A stretch of 64,000 nucleotides of DNA. It comes from Salpingoeca rosetta (Eukaryota; Protista; Choanoflagellata). A model generated the notes under the pieces. The model saw only the letters and a program-made list of their open reading frames with translations. It was not told where the DNA came from and did not search any database. Position numbers and translations under genes: made by a program. Location: positions 474,728 to 538,727 of the forward strand of contig JAWQFM010000027.1 in the NCBI GenBank assembly GCA_033442325.1, in the 5' to 3' direction. Shown here one piece after another: positions 1 to 13,805 of this stretch. Each line of letters starts with the position of its first letter. The first letter of the stretch is position 1.

Positions 1-2964
1 TACATTGACCCGGTCATCGACAACGTGCTGGAGAAGAACATTCTGGGCACGGCCAAGCGGCGCTACGTTGTGCTCGGCGACAAGGAGGTGGACTACGACC
101 CCAACTTCCGGCTGTACCTCAACACGAAGATTGCCAACCCGCGCTACCCGCCGTCCGTGTTTGGCAAGGCCAAGGTCATCAACTACACGGTCACACTCAA
201 GGGCCTGGAGGACCAGCTGCTGAGCGTGATTGTCGGGTTTGAGCGCCGGGAGCTTGAGGAGAAGAGGGCGGAGCTGATTCGGGAGACGTCCGAGAACAAG
301 ACGCTGCTCAAGGACCTTGAAGACACGCTGCTGCGCGAACTGGCTGCGTCCACGGGCAACATGCTGGACAACGTGGAGCTGATCCAGACCCTGGAGAACA
401 CCAAGAGCAAAGCGGCGGAGGTGCAGGAGAAGCTTGACCTCGCGTCGACGACGGCACAGGAGATTGATGAGATTCGAGACGGGTACCGGCCCGCAGCCAA
501 GCGCGGCGCCGTGCTCTTCTTCGTGCTGTCTGAGATGTCTGCCATCAGCTTCATGTACCAGTACTCGCTGGCGTCGTATTTGGAGGTGTTTGACCAGTCG
601 CTGCGGCGCTCGCTGCCCAGCACCATCCTCTCCAAGCGGCTGCAGAACATCATCGACACGCTCACGCAGAACGTGTACAACTACGCGACGACGGGCCTAT
701 TTGAGAAGGACAAGCTGCTCTTCTCGTTCCAGATGACGGTGAAGCTGCTGGAGGCGGAGGACAACATGGTGCCCGCTGAGCTCGACTTCTTCGTCAAGGG
801 CAACAACAGCATTGAGAAGGTGGCGCGGCCAAACCCGCACGAGTGGCTGCCGGACAGCGGGTGGAAGGACATCCAGAAGCTGATTACCGTGGACAAGGAG
901 GCCTTTGGCAAGCTTGCGGACGACGTGGCGTCGAATGGCGCCGTGTGGGAGGCGTGGTACACGAGCGAGGCGCCCGAGCGTGGGGACCTGCCCATGCGCT
1001 ACAGCGAGAAGCTCACGTCGTTCCAGAAGCTGTGCCTGCTGCGCTGCTTCCGGCTCGACCGCATCTACCGCGCCATCACGGACTTTGTGACGGAGCACAT
1101 GGGCGAGCGCTTTGTGCAGCCGCCCGTTGTGCGCTTTGAGAACGTGCACGAGTCCTCCTCGCCCACGGCGCCGATTGTGTTCATCCTCAGCCCAGGGTCG
1201 GATCCTGCCGGGGACCTGCTGAAGCTTGCGGAGAAGACCGGGTTTGGCGGGAACAGGCTCAAGTTCCTCAGCATGGGCCAGGGGCAGGGCAAGATTGCGC
1301 TGCAGATGCTGGAGACGGCTGCGCAGCGCGGGCAGTGGCTCATGCTGCAGAACTGCCACCTGCTTGTCAAGTGGCTGCGCGACCTGGAGAAGGCGCTGGA
1401 GCAGATTACCAACCCGCACCCGGAGTTTAGGCTGTGGCTGACGACGCAGCCGACAGACAAGTTCCCCATTGGCATTCTGCAGCGCTCGCTCAAGGTGGTG
1501 TCTGAGCCGCCCAACGGGCTGAAGCTGAACCTGCGCGCGACGCTGACCAAGATCAGCGACGAGGGGCTGAGCGAGGAGGCGTGCCCGCACCCTGCGTTCC
1601 CCTCGCTCGTGTACACGCTGGCCTTCTTCCACGCTGTTGTACAGGAGCGCCGCAAGTACGGCAAGGTGGGCTGGAACGTGCCCTACGACTTCAACGAGAA
1701 CGACTTCCGCGTGTGCATGGACATTATCCGCACGTACCTGAACAAGGCTGTGGAGAACGGGGACGAGAAGCTACCGTGGGGGTCGCTCAAGTACCTGGTT
1801 GGGGAGGTGATGTATGGCGGGCGAGCCATTGACAGCTTTGACCGCCGCGTCCTGCGCACGTACATGGACGAGTTTATGGGCGACTTTATCTACGACACGT
1901 TCCAGCCGTTCCACTTCTTTGTGAACGAGGATGTTGACTACACAATCCCGCAGGCCACCACGCGGCAGGAGTTTTTGGACTACGTGCAGACGCTGCCGCT
2001 GGCCAACGGGCCGGACGTGTTTGGGCTGCACCCGAACGCGGAGATTGGGTACTTCACGGACACGGCGCAGCAGATCTGGCAGCAGCTGGTGGAGCTGCAG
2101 CCGCAGACGGGCAGCACGGGCGGCGGCATCTCGAGGGAGGAGCACATTGCGCAGACGGCGCACGACATTCAGGCGAAGCTGCCGGAGCCGTTTGACCTGG
2201 AGCGGGTGAAGCGCAGCTTGAACAAGCCGCCGACGCCGACGCAGGTGGTGCTGCTGCAGGAGCTTGAGCGGTGGAATGCGCTGGTGACGACGATGAGCAG
2301 GTCGCTGAGCAACCTGCTGCGCGCGCTTGCTGGCGAGGTTGGCATGAGCAATGCACTGGATGAGCTGGCGCAGTCGCTGTTCAACGGGCAGCTGCCGGGC
2401 ATGTGGCGGCGCCTGGCGCCAGACACACTGAAGAAGCTTGGCGACTGGATGACGCACTTTGAGGCGCGCCTTGCGCAATACCAGCAGTGGGTTGAGGGCG
2501 GCGAGCCTACGGTGATGTGGCTGTCTGGCCTGCACATCCCGGAATCCTACCTGACTGCACTGGTGCAGACGACGTGCCGGCAGAACAAGTGGGCGCTTGA
2601 CCGCTCCACGCTGTACACGACGGTGACGTCGTTCCTGAGCGAGGAGGAGGTGGAGACCCGCCCGCCGTCCGGGTGCTACGTGAAGGGCCTGTTCCTGGAA
2701 GGCGCTGCATGGGACGAGGAGGCCATGTGTCTCAAGGCGCAGCCGCCCAAGGTGCTGGTGAGCCCGCTGCCGATTCTGCGCGTGATTCCGATTGAGGCGC
2801 ACAAGCTGAAGCTGCAAGGCACGTTCCGCACACCCGTGTACACGACGGCGAACCGGCGTAACGCCATGGGTGTCGGCCTTGTCTTTGAGGCGGATCTGGC
2901 CACGCAGGAGCACCAGAGCCACTGGGTCTTGCAGGGCGTCTGCCTGACCCTCAATGAAAGTTAA
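1..2964 (+). CDS. DNAH10: Axonemal dynein heavy chain, inner-arm I1/f alpha (DNAH10-like); 3' part (AAA5, AAA6, C-terminal domain); 5' end outside window
   Basis: Frame open from base 1 to TAA 2962-2964 with no intron. Motifs [81 protein letters not shown]; terminus [12 protein letters not shown] resembles the DNAH10 subfamily. Confidence 0.93.
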   Translation, partial: YIDPVIDNVLEKNILGTAKRRYVVLGDKEVDYDPNFRLYLNTKIANPRYPPSVFGKAKVINYTVTLKGLEDQLLSVIVGFERRELEEKRAELIRETSENKTLLKDLEDTLLRELAASTGNMLDNVELIQTLENTKSKAAEVQEKLDLASTTAQEIDEIRDGYRPAAKRGAVLFFVLSEMSAISFMYQYSLASYLEVFDQSLRRSLPSTILSKRLQNIIDTLTQNVYNYATTGLFEKDKLLFSFQMTVKLLEAEDNMVPAELDFFVKGNNSIEKVARPNPHEWLPDSGWKDIQKLITVDKEAFGKLADDVASNGAVWEAWYTSEAPERGDLPMRYSEKLTSFQKLCLLRCFRLDRIYRAITDFVTEHMGERFVQPPVVRFENVHESSSPTAPIVFILSPGSDPAGDLLKLAEKTGFGGNRLKFLSMGQGQGKIALQMLETAAQRGQWLMLQNCHLLVKWLRDLEKALEQITNPHPEFRLWLTTQPTDKFPIGILQRSLKVVSEPPNGLKLNLRATLTKISDEGLSEEACPHPAFPSLVYTLAFFHAVVQERRKYGKVGWNVPYDFNENDFRVCMDIIRTYLNKAVENGDEKLPWGSLKYLVGEVMYGGRAIDSFDRRVLRTYMDEFMGDFIYDTFQPFHFFVNEDVDYTIPQATTRQEFLDYVQTLPLANGPDVFGLHPNAEIGYFTDTAQQIWQQLVELQPQTGSTGGGISREEHIAQTAHDIQAKLPEPFDLERVKRSLNKPPTPTQVVLLQELERWNALVTTMSRSLSNLLRALAGEVGMSNALDELAQSLFNGQLPGMWRRLAPDTLKKLGDWMTHFEARLAQYQQWVEGGEPTVMWLSGLHIPESYLTALVQTTCRQNKWALDRSTLYTTVTSFLSEEEVETRPPSGCYVKGLFLEGAAWDEEAMCLKAQPPKVLVSPLPILRVIPIEAHKLKLQGTFRTPVYTTANRRNAMGVGLVFEADLATQEHQSHWVLQGVCLTLNES

Positions 2965-3218
2965 CAAACACCATAGCGCGCGTGTGTGTGTGTGTGTGTA
3001 GTGTGTGCAGTGTATCGCGTGTATCGCGTGTGTGCGTAGCTTGAGAGAGAAAGAGAAAGAGGGAGAGAGAGAGAGAGTGTGTGTGTGTGTGGTTGCTTGT
3101 TGTGGTTTTGTTTGTGTTTGTGTTTCTTTGTCATCCATCATCCATAAAACCCCACAACACTGTGAATATTATTGGAAGACATTCATCAAGTTTCCGTGAC
3201 ATCGGCTGGACGACGACG

Positions 3219-5197
3219 ATGACGATGATGAGCGTTGTTGGGGTCAGCAGGAGCTCTGTTGGTGCAGGTGTGTGTGTTGGCGTTGTTGTGCTGGTTGCGG
3301 TTGTTGCTGCCGTGGTGAGCGGCGATGCTGGTGCTGGTAGTGGAGGCATTGAGGTGCCTGAGCTGCACGTGGAGAATGGATCCGTGTACCTCGATGTGAA
3401 CGCAGATCGGGTAAGGTCCAATGGCTTTGTCTTGTTCGCATTGGCTGTGTTTTGGAGCATGCTCATGTTGTTTTGGCTTTGTTTTGTTTTGGTGTGTTGG
3501 TGTGGTTGGAAGTGGGTGCTGTTGGCGGCAGTGCAACCACCCCAGCACGAAACCATGCAATGAAATGGGGAAACGTAGTGTAGTGGCGTCACAAGACACC
3601 GTCATCACCACCTTGATTCATTGTCTTGCTGTTGTTGCTGCTGTTTGCTGTGGTTGCTGCGCATACATAGGGTGTGTGGGTGCGGCGTTTCAACTCGGAT
3701 GGCAGCCACAACCAGAGTTTTGCGCTGACAGACCTGACGCCACAGGTGTGTTTGTGATCTTGTGATGGCGTGCTTCGTGTGCAATGTGCCGCGACTGCAG
3801 ATTGATGTATCGCAGCTTGTATGCTGCGCCGACGGCTGCATTGTATCGAAAGGCACTGAAGGCTACTTTCGAGTACATCGTCATTCCTTCTAACACTTGC
3901 TGTTGCTCTTGTTGTTGCTTGCACAAATGCACAAAACGCATGAGCCTCATGAGCACTCACACCCACGACAACGCGACACGACCTTGCCTGCCTGCCTGCC
4001 TGCGTTCTGTGGCCACTCGCATGCAGTTGCTGTCCGTGATTTCGCAGCAACAGGAGACGATCCAGCAGCTTTCGAGTGCCATTGACCAGCTCAACTCCAC
4101 CAAGGTGTCGTTCCATCAGCTGGAAATTGACCTTGATGCTGTCACCACCAACATCGACTTTGCACGCCAAGCAGCCGAGATGAACGCTGCCAACGAGCGC
4201 AGCACTTTGAGCACAGCCATCGCTTCTTCCACCAGCACAACCGTGGCATCTCTCAGCACGGTACACTGCCCTGCCTGTTCGCTTGTATTTCGTTTGTATT
4301 TCGCTTGTATTTCGCTTGTATGACATTGACTCGTGCAATGCCATATGAGTCCTTTCGTGTGCATGTGTCGACTGTTGTGGTGTTAAATACAAGCCCTCAT
4401 GTGCGTGTGTCTGCAGCATGCTTCATCCAGTTCGCCTTCTGACTCTGCTGCTTGACCGCCATGCTTGCTTGTGCTGTAGGCTGTAGATATGGCGCTTGAC
4501 ACGAAAGCAAACACGCGGGAAGTGGAGAACAATCTCGGCGACGTTGTTGAGCACGTGACAAACCTTGAGGAAGCAGTCCTTGATCTGCAACACACCACCG
4601 GCAACCACACCGACGACATTGAGGCCCTTCTCGAGTGCGTCGTGTTGTGTGTTGTGTGTGTGTGTTGTGTGTCTGTGTGTGTGTGTGTGTGTGTGTGTCT
4701 GTCTGTCTGTCTGGCTAACTGACTGTCTGTGTATTCATGTTTGTGACAACAGTCATCATACACGAGTACACTCCCTCTTCCTACGCCTCACTGCACCCAA
4801 CACCCCCCCCCCAATTCTCCAGGTGCATGCGGCGTGGCCTTGTGCACGATGATGTGACGGGGAGGTGCGTGCCTGCCTTCCGACACGACGACTGCTCGGC
4901 GCACATCGATCCCGCGGGCATGAGCGTCGACTGCACCAACGGCCCCATCTTCGACTCTGTGTGCACGCTCGTGTGCCCAAGCGGCTATGATGGTGGCGGC
5001 AAGTTCCGCTGCAACCTCACAGAGGGGTGGGAGCCGTATGAGGAAGGCGCGTCGCTGTGTCGTGACGTCGATGAGTGTTCGCTGACACCGTCGCCCTGTA
5101 TGGGCACGTGCACCAACACCATCGGCTCCTTCGAGTGCTCCTGTCCTGGTGGTGAACTCGCTCCCAACGGCCGCGACTGCACACGTACGCTGCTCTG

Positions 5198-5286
<89 letters not shown>

Positions 5287-5601
5287 TTGTTGTCGTCGTC
5301 CGTACCGTGTTTGTGTGTGTGCGTGTGTTTGTGTACTCACACTTGCTTACTTGTCTGAGTCTGAGTGAGTTGTGCATGCACAGTATGATCGCTTCGCATC
5401 CAAGCTTTTGACTCACATTGACGCACAACGACACTCGTGGCGTATGTGTGCTCGATTTGGCAGATTGCGTGCATCACGACCTTCAACTCCGCGCGAAACG
5501 ATCATGTCACCTTTACTTTTGGCAGAAACAACGGCCATTCCCAGAGCAAGTCAGTGAGTACGTGTGTGCATGTACATGTGGGGATGTGTTCTGTGGTGCA
5601 G

Positions 5602-5646
<45 letters not shown>

Positions 5647-6953
5647 TGTATGTCCGTGACTTGCAGCACCGCATGCCAACCACAACCTAGCTCCCCCTCT
5701 TCTGCCCCCTCACTATCCCATCATCATTTGCAGCTGGGACAACCAGGTGTATGATCAGAACACATACATGAACGACATCATCGTCACACAGAACGGCGAC
5801 AATGCCGGTGCTTCCTATCACGGTAGACACATACGCGTATGAAAAGGGCGTGTAGTTCTGTGATTGTGTGATGTTGAGCGTGTGTACGTCTGCACGTGTA
5901 CTTGGATTGTGTGTGTGTGTGTGTGCTTGAGATTGCGCGTGTGCAGGTCGGTATGTTTTCTCTTCATTTCCCGTCACGCTTCACACCATCCACACTCCTG
6001 CTCGCCCATTGTGCCACCGCAGGCCGCAGCATGGGCACGGAGATCATCCCCATTGACCAGCACCGCGTTCTCTACTGGTGAGTGTGTGTGTGTGTGTGTT
6101 TGTGTTGTGTGTGTCTGTGTGTCTGTCTCTCTGTCTGCCTCTCTGTCTGTCTCTCTGTCTGTGTGTGCGTGCGCACATCAGTGTTGAGTGAGTTCACTTG
6201 GAACTCACCATTCACCTACTCATGTAATCCTTCATGCCGGCACGTGTACACCACGTGTGTTGTATTCACACCATAACTCACTTCCTCTCTCTTTTGTCCT
6301 ATTCTGCACGCCACCAGCCTGAGCATGGGCAAGAGCCGCGGTACGGACTACGTGACGCTGCAGGTGTACGGGTACCTGACAGGCGAAGGCATCATCTCCA
6401 CATCCCAGATCAGGAATGCGCGCATTGCAAGCAGCGGCGGGTTTTCGCAGCACAGCTTTGGCAAGCCCGAGTTCGTCCCAAGCCACGCTTGTAAGTCGTG
6501 TGTGTGTGTGTATGTGTGTGTGTGCCTGCTTTCGTGTGTGTGTGTGTGTATGTGTATGTGTGTCTGCAAGCATATGTGGGTGCCTGCTTTCGTGTGTGTG
6601 CTTGCTTTCGTGTGTGCTTGCAAGCACATGTGCATCCCTGCAAGCATAGATGCGTGTGAGGATTTCGCACGTTCGTGCACTCAGGCACCTTCCTACCATC
6701 CATCCATACGTCCGCCCGTGCATCCATGCAAAACTGGTTGACCTCACTCACGCACATCCCAACACATCACTGCCTTTTCCCAACGACAACAAGACGCCAT
6801 CTTGGGCGCTGTGACGACGTTCGCCTCCACGCGTCGCGATCACTACTCTGTTTCCATTGGCCGGTCCTTCAACCCGACATACAACTCATGGTTTGTACAC
6901 GCCTGCATGTGCATGCTCACTTACAATGCACGTGTATTTCCACTTTCACGCAT

Positions 6954-6994
<41 letters not shown>

Positions 6995-7807
6995 CTCACG
7001 TACTCACAGACTCACAAGGCACTTGCAAACTCACTTCATATGACTCACCCTTGCGACTGCATCACATCAATCCATTTACGTCCACGTGTTTTCTGACACG
7101 ACAGGGACAATGAGCCGTTTTCCACTTCAACAGACAGCGCCGCTTTTGCAAACTGTGAGGACACGGGCCGTGATGAGCACCTCCCCCCTCCAGTCGTGTT
7201 TGCATGCTCACCCTCACATGATCATACTTGCACACCCTCCATCACCTTGGCGTGTTGACGCTCACGTGAACACAATTACACACGCGCGCACACACAATTG
7301 CGCGCACACACACACACACACGCACACACATATCGCCTTGGCATGTTCTGTTGCCGCCGCCTTGAACTGTGCGCGTGTGCGTGCATGCAGATGTGCATCT
7401 GACGCACAATGGGGATGCGAGCGGGATGGACGACTACTACGGAATGTCGCACGGTTCTGTGCTCTTTCCGACACTCAGCGGCGTAAGTTGAATACAGCGG
7501 CGATCATGATGTGCCACAGTCCCCGTCGCACATGCACGCCCAGCGCTTGCTTGCTTGTTTGCTTGCTTGCCTCTGCTCTGATTCACGCATGTCTCGTGTT
7601 CTCTTTGCGCTCACATACTCACGCAACTGTGCTTGGTGGCCACCAATGATGTGTGTGTGTAGGGTGGATTTAAGGTGCTGAACAATCAAGGCTGGAACGG
7701 CGGTGGGACATCGTATTTCACGCTCCAGGTGTGGGATGCATGCATGTGATTAGATGCTGCTGCTGAACCCTTTGTTGGACACCTGTAGCCCTCTTGTGAC
7801 ACACAAA

Positions 7808-7848
<41 letters not shown>

Positions 7849-7878
7849 ACACGTACACACACACACACGCAAATGCAC

Positions 7879-7918
<40 letters not shown>

Positions 7919-8346
7919 CCGCACTCACACACACGCACACATCCGCACGCTACACTCCACGTGACGATAGGTGAACGGGTATGTGCCTGGTGGCGGGTAC
8001 TCCAACATCAAGTTCTTTGATCCGAGCGATGTGAAGCGGCTCAAGTTCACCGTGACCAACGCGCCAGTCAAGCACACGGACATCACACCCCCGGATACGG
8101 TGCCGTCGACGGCAAAGGCGCTCATCACGCTGCTGTACACGTACCAGGACCGCTCGAATCTGGAGCATATGGTGCACTCGTTTGGCCGCAGCGCGTCGCA
8201 TCGCACAGATCCCTGGGACAACGTGGTATATGCGGCAAACACATATCTCAACGACATCCTCATCACACACGAGGGTGCGCCTTCCGCCACGTGGTACTAC
8301 GGATTCTACCACCCGACCCAAGTCATCCCACTCAAGGTGCTCTCCT

Positions 8347-8381
<35 letters not shown>

Positions 8382-8722
8382 ATGTGTGTGTCTGTATCTG
8401 CGTGTGTGTGTGTGTATGTGCATGCATTTGTTGGATGGATCCCTCAATCTCATGTTTGCTCTTGAACATGTGTGTGCCAGTGACGTTTCAGGCCCTCGTG
8501 CTCCTAATTCCCTTGTTATCCCCCCCCCCCTTGCACTGCTCAATCGGTCATTCTGCTCCTCTCCCTCACCAAACATCCCAACCCATTCACACACACATAC
8601 ACACGCGTTCACACGCGTGCGCATAGGAGAATGGGCAATTCGAGGCCTACCTTGGCATGGACAAATCCGGCACGCAGACACACTACATCACCATGTTTGT
8701 CGTTGGTTATGTTGACGCCTAA
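3219..8722 (+). CDS. Secreted multi-exon protein: signal peptide, coiled coil, CCP/sushi-like module, Ca-binding EGF, three tandem copies of an unassigned ~150-aa beta-rich domain
   Basis: GT-AG exons 3219-3410, 3671-3745, 4027-4260, 4480-4634, 4823-5184, 5464-5549, 5734-5822, 6023-6077, 6318-6490, 6794-6890, 7105-7154, 7391-7482, 7663-7728, 7971-8336, 8627-8722. All junction phases fit except 5184/5464. EGF_CA: [27 protein letters not shown]. Confidence 0.78.
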
Positions 8723-8851
8723 GTGCATCGACTCAAGCGTGCTGTTGCTGCCGCTGTTGCTGTTGTGTTACCTGCTGTTATCTGACGCAAGGAGTGTGTA
8801 CGTTCACTCGCCCATTCTTCACTGCGCCTTCCCGTTTTGTTCCATCTGTTC

Positions 8852-8898
<47 letters not shown>

Positions 8899-9408
8899 CT
8901 GTGTGTGTCTGTCTGTGCCCTCATTCGCTTCCTTCCTCCCCTCCTCATCGCTTCCTTCGTCTTACCGAATTTTATGAACGACACTGCATAAATTTCACCG
9001 TTGTCAACCGACAAGCAACAAGTTGAGCGAGTTGTTTGTGTTTGGTGTGTGTTGTTGGATGCAGACCCACCACATACATCCTTCACGCGCACACGTACAC
9101 ACACGTGGCCACAACAGGAGTCCACGCCCCCCCCCCCCCTCAAGGCATCAAAGGTAAGAGATGGCAAGCACGCACGCTGATACTTGATGAGCATGTGTCA
9201 GAGAGGATCCCAGAGAATGCAACAACCAGCCTCAAATGCTCACACATTCACATCACACACACACACACATGCACACACATGTACGCAACAGCACATGTGC
9301 ACACCATCACCCAACGTAACTCACATGCACACGCTCCCAATGATGCCCTAGCACTATGATTACAAGACGTGGAGCGCCACGTTTGCTGCCGTGAAAGATC
9401 CAGAGACC

Positions 9409-11293
9409 ATGAGCAGCTCCAACTACTACGACACACGCCCGAGTTTGGCAAGGCCAATCAACAACACCAGTTCCCACACAGCAGCAGCGCCACCCACGCG
9501 CCTGTATCCCTTGCATCGTAACACTAGCAGCCACGCCAGCATCCACAACGCCTCAACCACCCGCGGTAGCAGCAGCAGCAAGACGCGAATCACCGCACAT
9601 TCAGGGACATACCTCGCCACCAACACATCCCCTTTGCTTCGGCAACGAAGCTCGACCACCACCCGTACAAGCAGCCCGCAATCGCACGTCGTTGGACGAG
9701 CCTCTGCACTACCGACAGGGCGGCACCAGCTCACATCCATCTTGCCTTCCAAGGGTGCGGGGAGCCGACCTTCGTATCGCGTGCCATCCCAAGCATCGCC
9801 GCCCTCCACATCATCTCTGTCGTCTTCGGCCTCGAGACACCGCCTTGCAAGCCACACGCGAAACGCTGCACCACCAGCGCCAGCGTCAACAGCCATAAAG
9901 GGCCGCCCAACATCGCCATTGGGTCGCAGTGTGAGCAGAACGACAGCAACAGCTACAGCGTCAGCTACAGCTTCAACTGCAGCTACGCTTGCGACGGCTA
10001 CAGCTGCGGGTGGTTCTTCAAACACAAACACAACCACCGCATCCTTGCCCTCCTCATCTTCATCATCCATACACCACCAACCGTCATTGCCACACCATTC
10101 ACAACAACAACAACAACAGCAGCAGCAGCAGCAGCACCACTACGACCAACAACAGCACCACGATGATGGTGGTGTATCTGCGGCGGGGCCCGGCCTCAAC
10201 ACAGCCCCCGTCCGCGGGCTGCGCAACATCGGCAACACGTGCTATCTCAACTCCATCCTGCAATGCCTGGCGCACTGCCAGCCATTCCATGCCGCCGTGG
10301 CGTCAGCAGCATCGCCAGCAAAGGACGACGACGCATGCGGCAGCTCAATGCACTGTGGAAGAGGCATGACGAAGTATTCACTCGGCACGAAGCCAACAAC
10401 AACGGCCATCACCAACAGCCCTGCGCGCGTGCTGGTGAAGGAAATCAAAGGTCTGCTTGCTGACATGTGGGCTGATGCATCACGCAGCGATGCACACCTG
10501 TCACCATCATCGTCCTCGTCGTCAGCATCCCCGCAATCACAGCAATCACGGCATGCGAATGCCTACTACAACTACAACAACAACAGCAGCAGCAGCAGCA
10601 ACAACAATAGTATGGGCAGGCGGCATGCATCACAGCGTCGCACAAGCTCCTTCTCCACAGCCATTGCGCCCACGCGCATCAAGTCGCATCTTGGACGCGT
10701 CAACCCGGAGTTTGCCGGATTCCGACAGCAGGACGCACACGAGGCGCTCCAGTACTTGATCAACGCACTGCATGATGACATCAACTGCCCGTCGCTTCTT
10801 GTGCCGCAGCTGTCAGCTGTGGGGCGTTGTCGCGGCAGTGATGATGGTGATGGTGATGATGATGTTGATGATGATGGTGGGCTGGGCTCTGCTGACGATG
10901 CTGAGGGTGATGACGATGGTGATGTGTTTGACGGTGACAGCAACGTGGAGCACTACTCCATGACTGCCCCCACACCGTCCAATGGGGAAGATGGAAGCAG
11001 AAACAACAAAACGCAGCGCTTGGCACTGACACAGCCGCTGCCTGCAGGCAACACGTTGTCACGTGCAGGCGCACAGAAAGGTGTGTTGGTCCGTTTGATG
11101 AGAAGCAATGCGTGCTTGCGGCTGAGGTTGTTGTCATCTGAGTGCGCGTACGTACATGAGCAGGCCTTGCACAAAGTGATGCCACCACACATGTCAACGC
11201 ACATGCACAACTCACTCACACTTGTACAAACCCACCCATGTATACTCACTCACACACGCACACACACGCGCACGCACACACACGCACACACAC

Positions 11294-11332
<39 letters not shown>

Positions 11333-12949
11333 CATATATTCACACACATTCACACATACAGCAAAGCGTGATGGCCGGCCCACATCCAACACGAGGCGGC
11401 AGGCTGGCCCGCGGTTTCGGGTGCAGCGGTGGCTGTCCGGTCGACGCGAACGGCACTCCGCAGAACCGCACAGAGACCCGCGCCAGCACCAACGCGAACC
11501 ACGACACCCATCCGCCCCACCACTGGCGACAATGGCAACAGCAGCAGCGGCGTCACGTGACGATGACGAGGTCGATGTGGGTGTAAGCATTGATGGCGAC
11601 GGTGCCCCTACATCGCCATCACCACCACTACCACCGTCATCAACATCAACAATGTCAGCGTCAGCGTCACGGCCACGGCCAACAACACGACGCAAAGCGG
11701 CTTCAACGGGCACAGGGTCGGATACGAAGCAGGGCAGCATCTCGCGACTGCGGGCCGTACAGCGACTGCTGCCCCGTCGGTCGCGCCCAACGTCGCACTC
11801 AACGTCGGCAGCACACGCGCCAGCACGGACAGCAGCAGCAGCAGCAGCAGCAGGTGTGCTGGCATCAGGGAACAAGGCAGGTGCTGTTGGTGGCAGTGGT
11901 GGTGGTGAGCGGAAGCGACAGCGTTCACAATCGAGGACGCCATCGGGCGGCGCAGGTGCGAGTATGGGTATAACCCATCACAGCACCCATCATCCTCATC
12001 GAAGCGACGGAGAGAGTGGCAGAAGGAATGCCATCATGCCCACAACACAGCTAACCACGCTGGAGCAACGTCGCGCGTATGTGAAAGAGCTGAGGGCGCT
12101 GATGGAGGCTGAGACGCGCCCGACAGCCAAGTTCCGCATGTGCCAGCAGCTGGCCGACGTGTTTGACCGCAGCAGCGTGTACGATGCCTTGCGCGGGTGG
12201 CTGCGGGTGCGCCGTCAATGCCTCGTGTGCAACCACACGGAGGTGCTGTTTGAGCACTTTCTCAACCTCTCCCTGCCGATTGTCGCCAACGCGCGCGCGC
12301 AGCACACGTACCGCCCCGTTAGTCGACGCCGTGTGCGTGGTGACGACGGCAACAGTGGTGGCGGTGGGGTGACGCTGCCTCCTTTGCACGACCGCCCCCT
12401 CAGCTACAAACCATCCACTTCATCTCAGCCGTCCTTGCTCGATTGCTTTGCGGCGTTCACGGCCACAGAGGTTCGTGATACATGTGTGTGTGTCTGTGTC
12501 TGTGTCTGTGTGCGTGTCAGTCTGTGTGTGTGTGTGTGTGTGTCTGTGTCTGTCTGTCTGTGTGTGTGTCTGTGTCTGTGTCTGTGTGTACCACTTGTTC
12601 CTGTGAAGGTGTGCGTCGACGTGTTTCAGTGCATGCTTGTGCCAGCACCTCTCGTCCAACTTAGGTGATCGCTCACGTGTAATTTGACCAACACCGTTTC
12701 CTTGCACTTCATTGCGTTGCCCTGTGCCGTTTTCTTGTCTGGTCTGCGCAGGAGTTGACGGGCGACAACAAGATCAGGTGTGAGCGGTGCAGGTGCAACC
12801 AGCCATCAGCACGAAGCTTTTCACTTCACCGACTCCCTCCCATCCTCATCGTCCATCTCAAACGCTTCGAGTTCATGTGCGTCACAAGACGAGGGAAGAG
12901 GGGGGGGGGAGACGGAGGGCGGGTAGAATGCACTGTTGCTGTCACATGC

Positions 12950-12993
<44 letters not shown>

Positions 12994-13208
12994 GCATACA
13001 CGTGTGCTCCCATGTGTGTTGTGGCTTTACACAAAAGTGAAAGTAGCGCAACAGCATGCAGTTGCGTTGCGTGTCTTTGATTCGCCATCTTATCCACGTC
13101 TCACTTGCTCCTGTTTACATTAGTCAGCACCGAAGTCGCAAGATTGACTCACCTGTTCATATCCCTTTTACCCTGGACCTCGCCCCTTTTGCTTCAGAGG
13201 TTGGTCTG

Positions 13209-13305
<97 letters not shown>

Positions 13306-13805
13306 ATATGCGCGTGTGTGTGCATATGCGCGTGTGTCTGTCTGTGCCTGCCTGTCTATCTGTCTGCACCTGCCTGTCCGTCTGTCTGTCTGCCTCCCCT
13401 CCCCCTTCCCCTATCCTCTCCCCATTCCCTTCCCCCTTCCTCCTCCCGCCTGACCATGTACCTCATCTGGCGTCCCTGGAACTTGTCTCACTTTATCTCA
13501 TTCCAATCTCCGACCTTCCGTCCCCTCCCCCCCCCCTCTCTCTCTCTCTTCAACTTTCTTCATCTTTCTTCGTGTCCTGCTTTGCTCTTTCCCAGAGCGG
13601 TGAGGGCCACGAATATGAGCTGTGCGCCGCCACCATGCATGCAGGGTCCGTGCATGGTGGACACTACACAGCACTGTGTCGCCACCCGGTCAGCAAACAG
13701 TGGTTCAACTGCAACGATGCCTCCATCTCCACCATCGACACCCCGTCCCCGTCTCGCCTTCAACACGCCTACCTCCTCTTCTACCACCGCAGCAGGAGCA
13801 TGTGA
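9409..13805 (+). CDS. Ubiquitin-specific protease (peptidase C19, USP2/USP21/USP8-like) with long low-complexity N-terminus and insert
   Basis: Exons 9409-11080, 11362-12470, 12752-12876, 13124-13199, 13596-13805, phase-consistent. Cys box GLRNIGNTCYLNSILQCL, QQDAHEAL, CxxC pairs, HLKRFEF, His box HAGSVHGGHYTA, WFNCNDA. Confidence 0.9.

Noticed and set aside
697-3141. Long antisense ORFs (311 and 456 aa) over dynein; similar 378-aa ORF at 22424-23560
   Set aside because: Shadow ORFs caused by high GC3 codon bias on the coding strand; no domain features.
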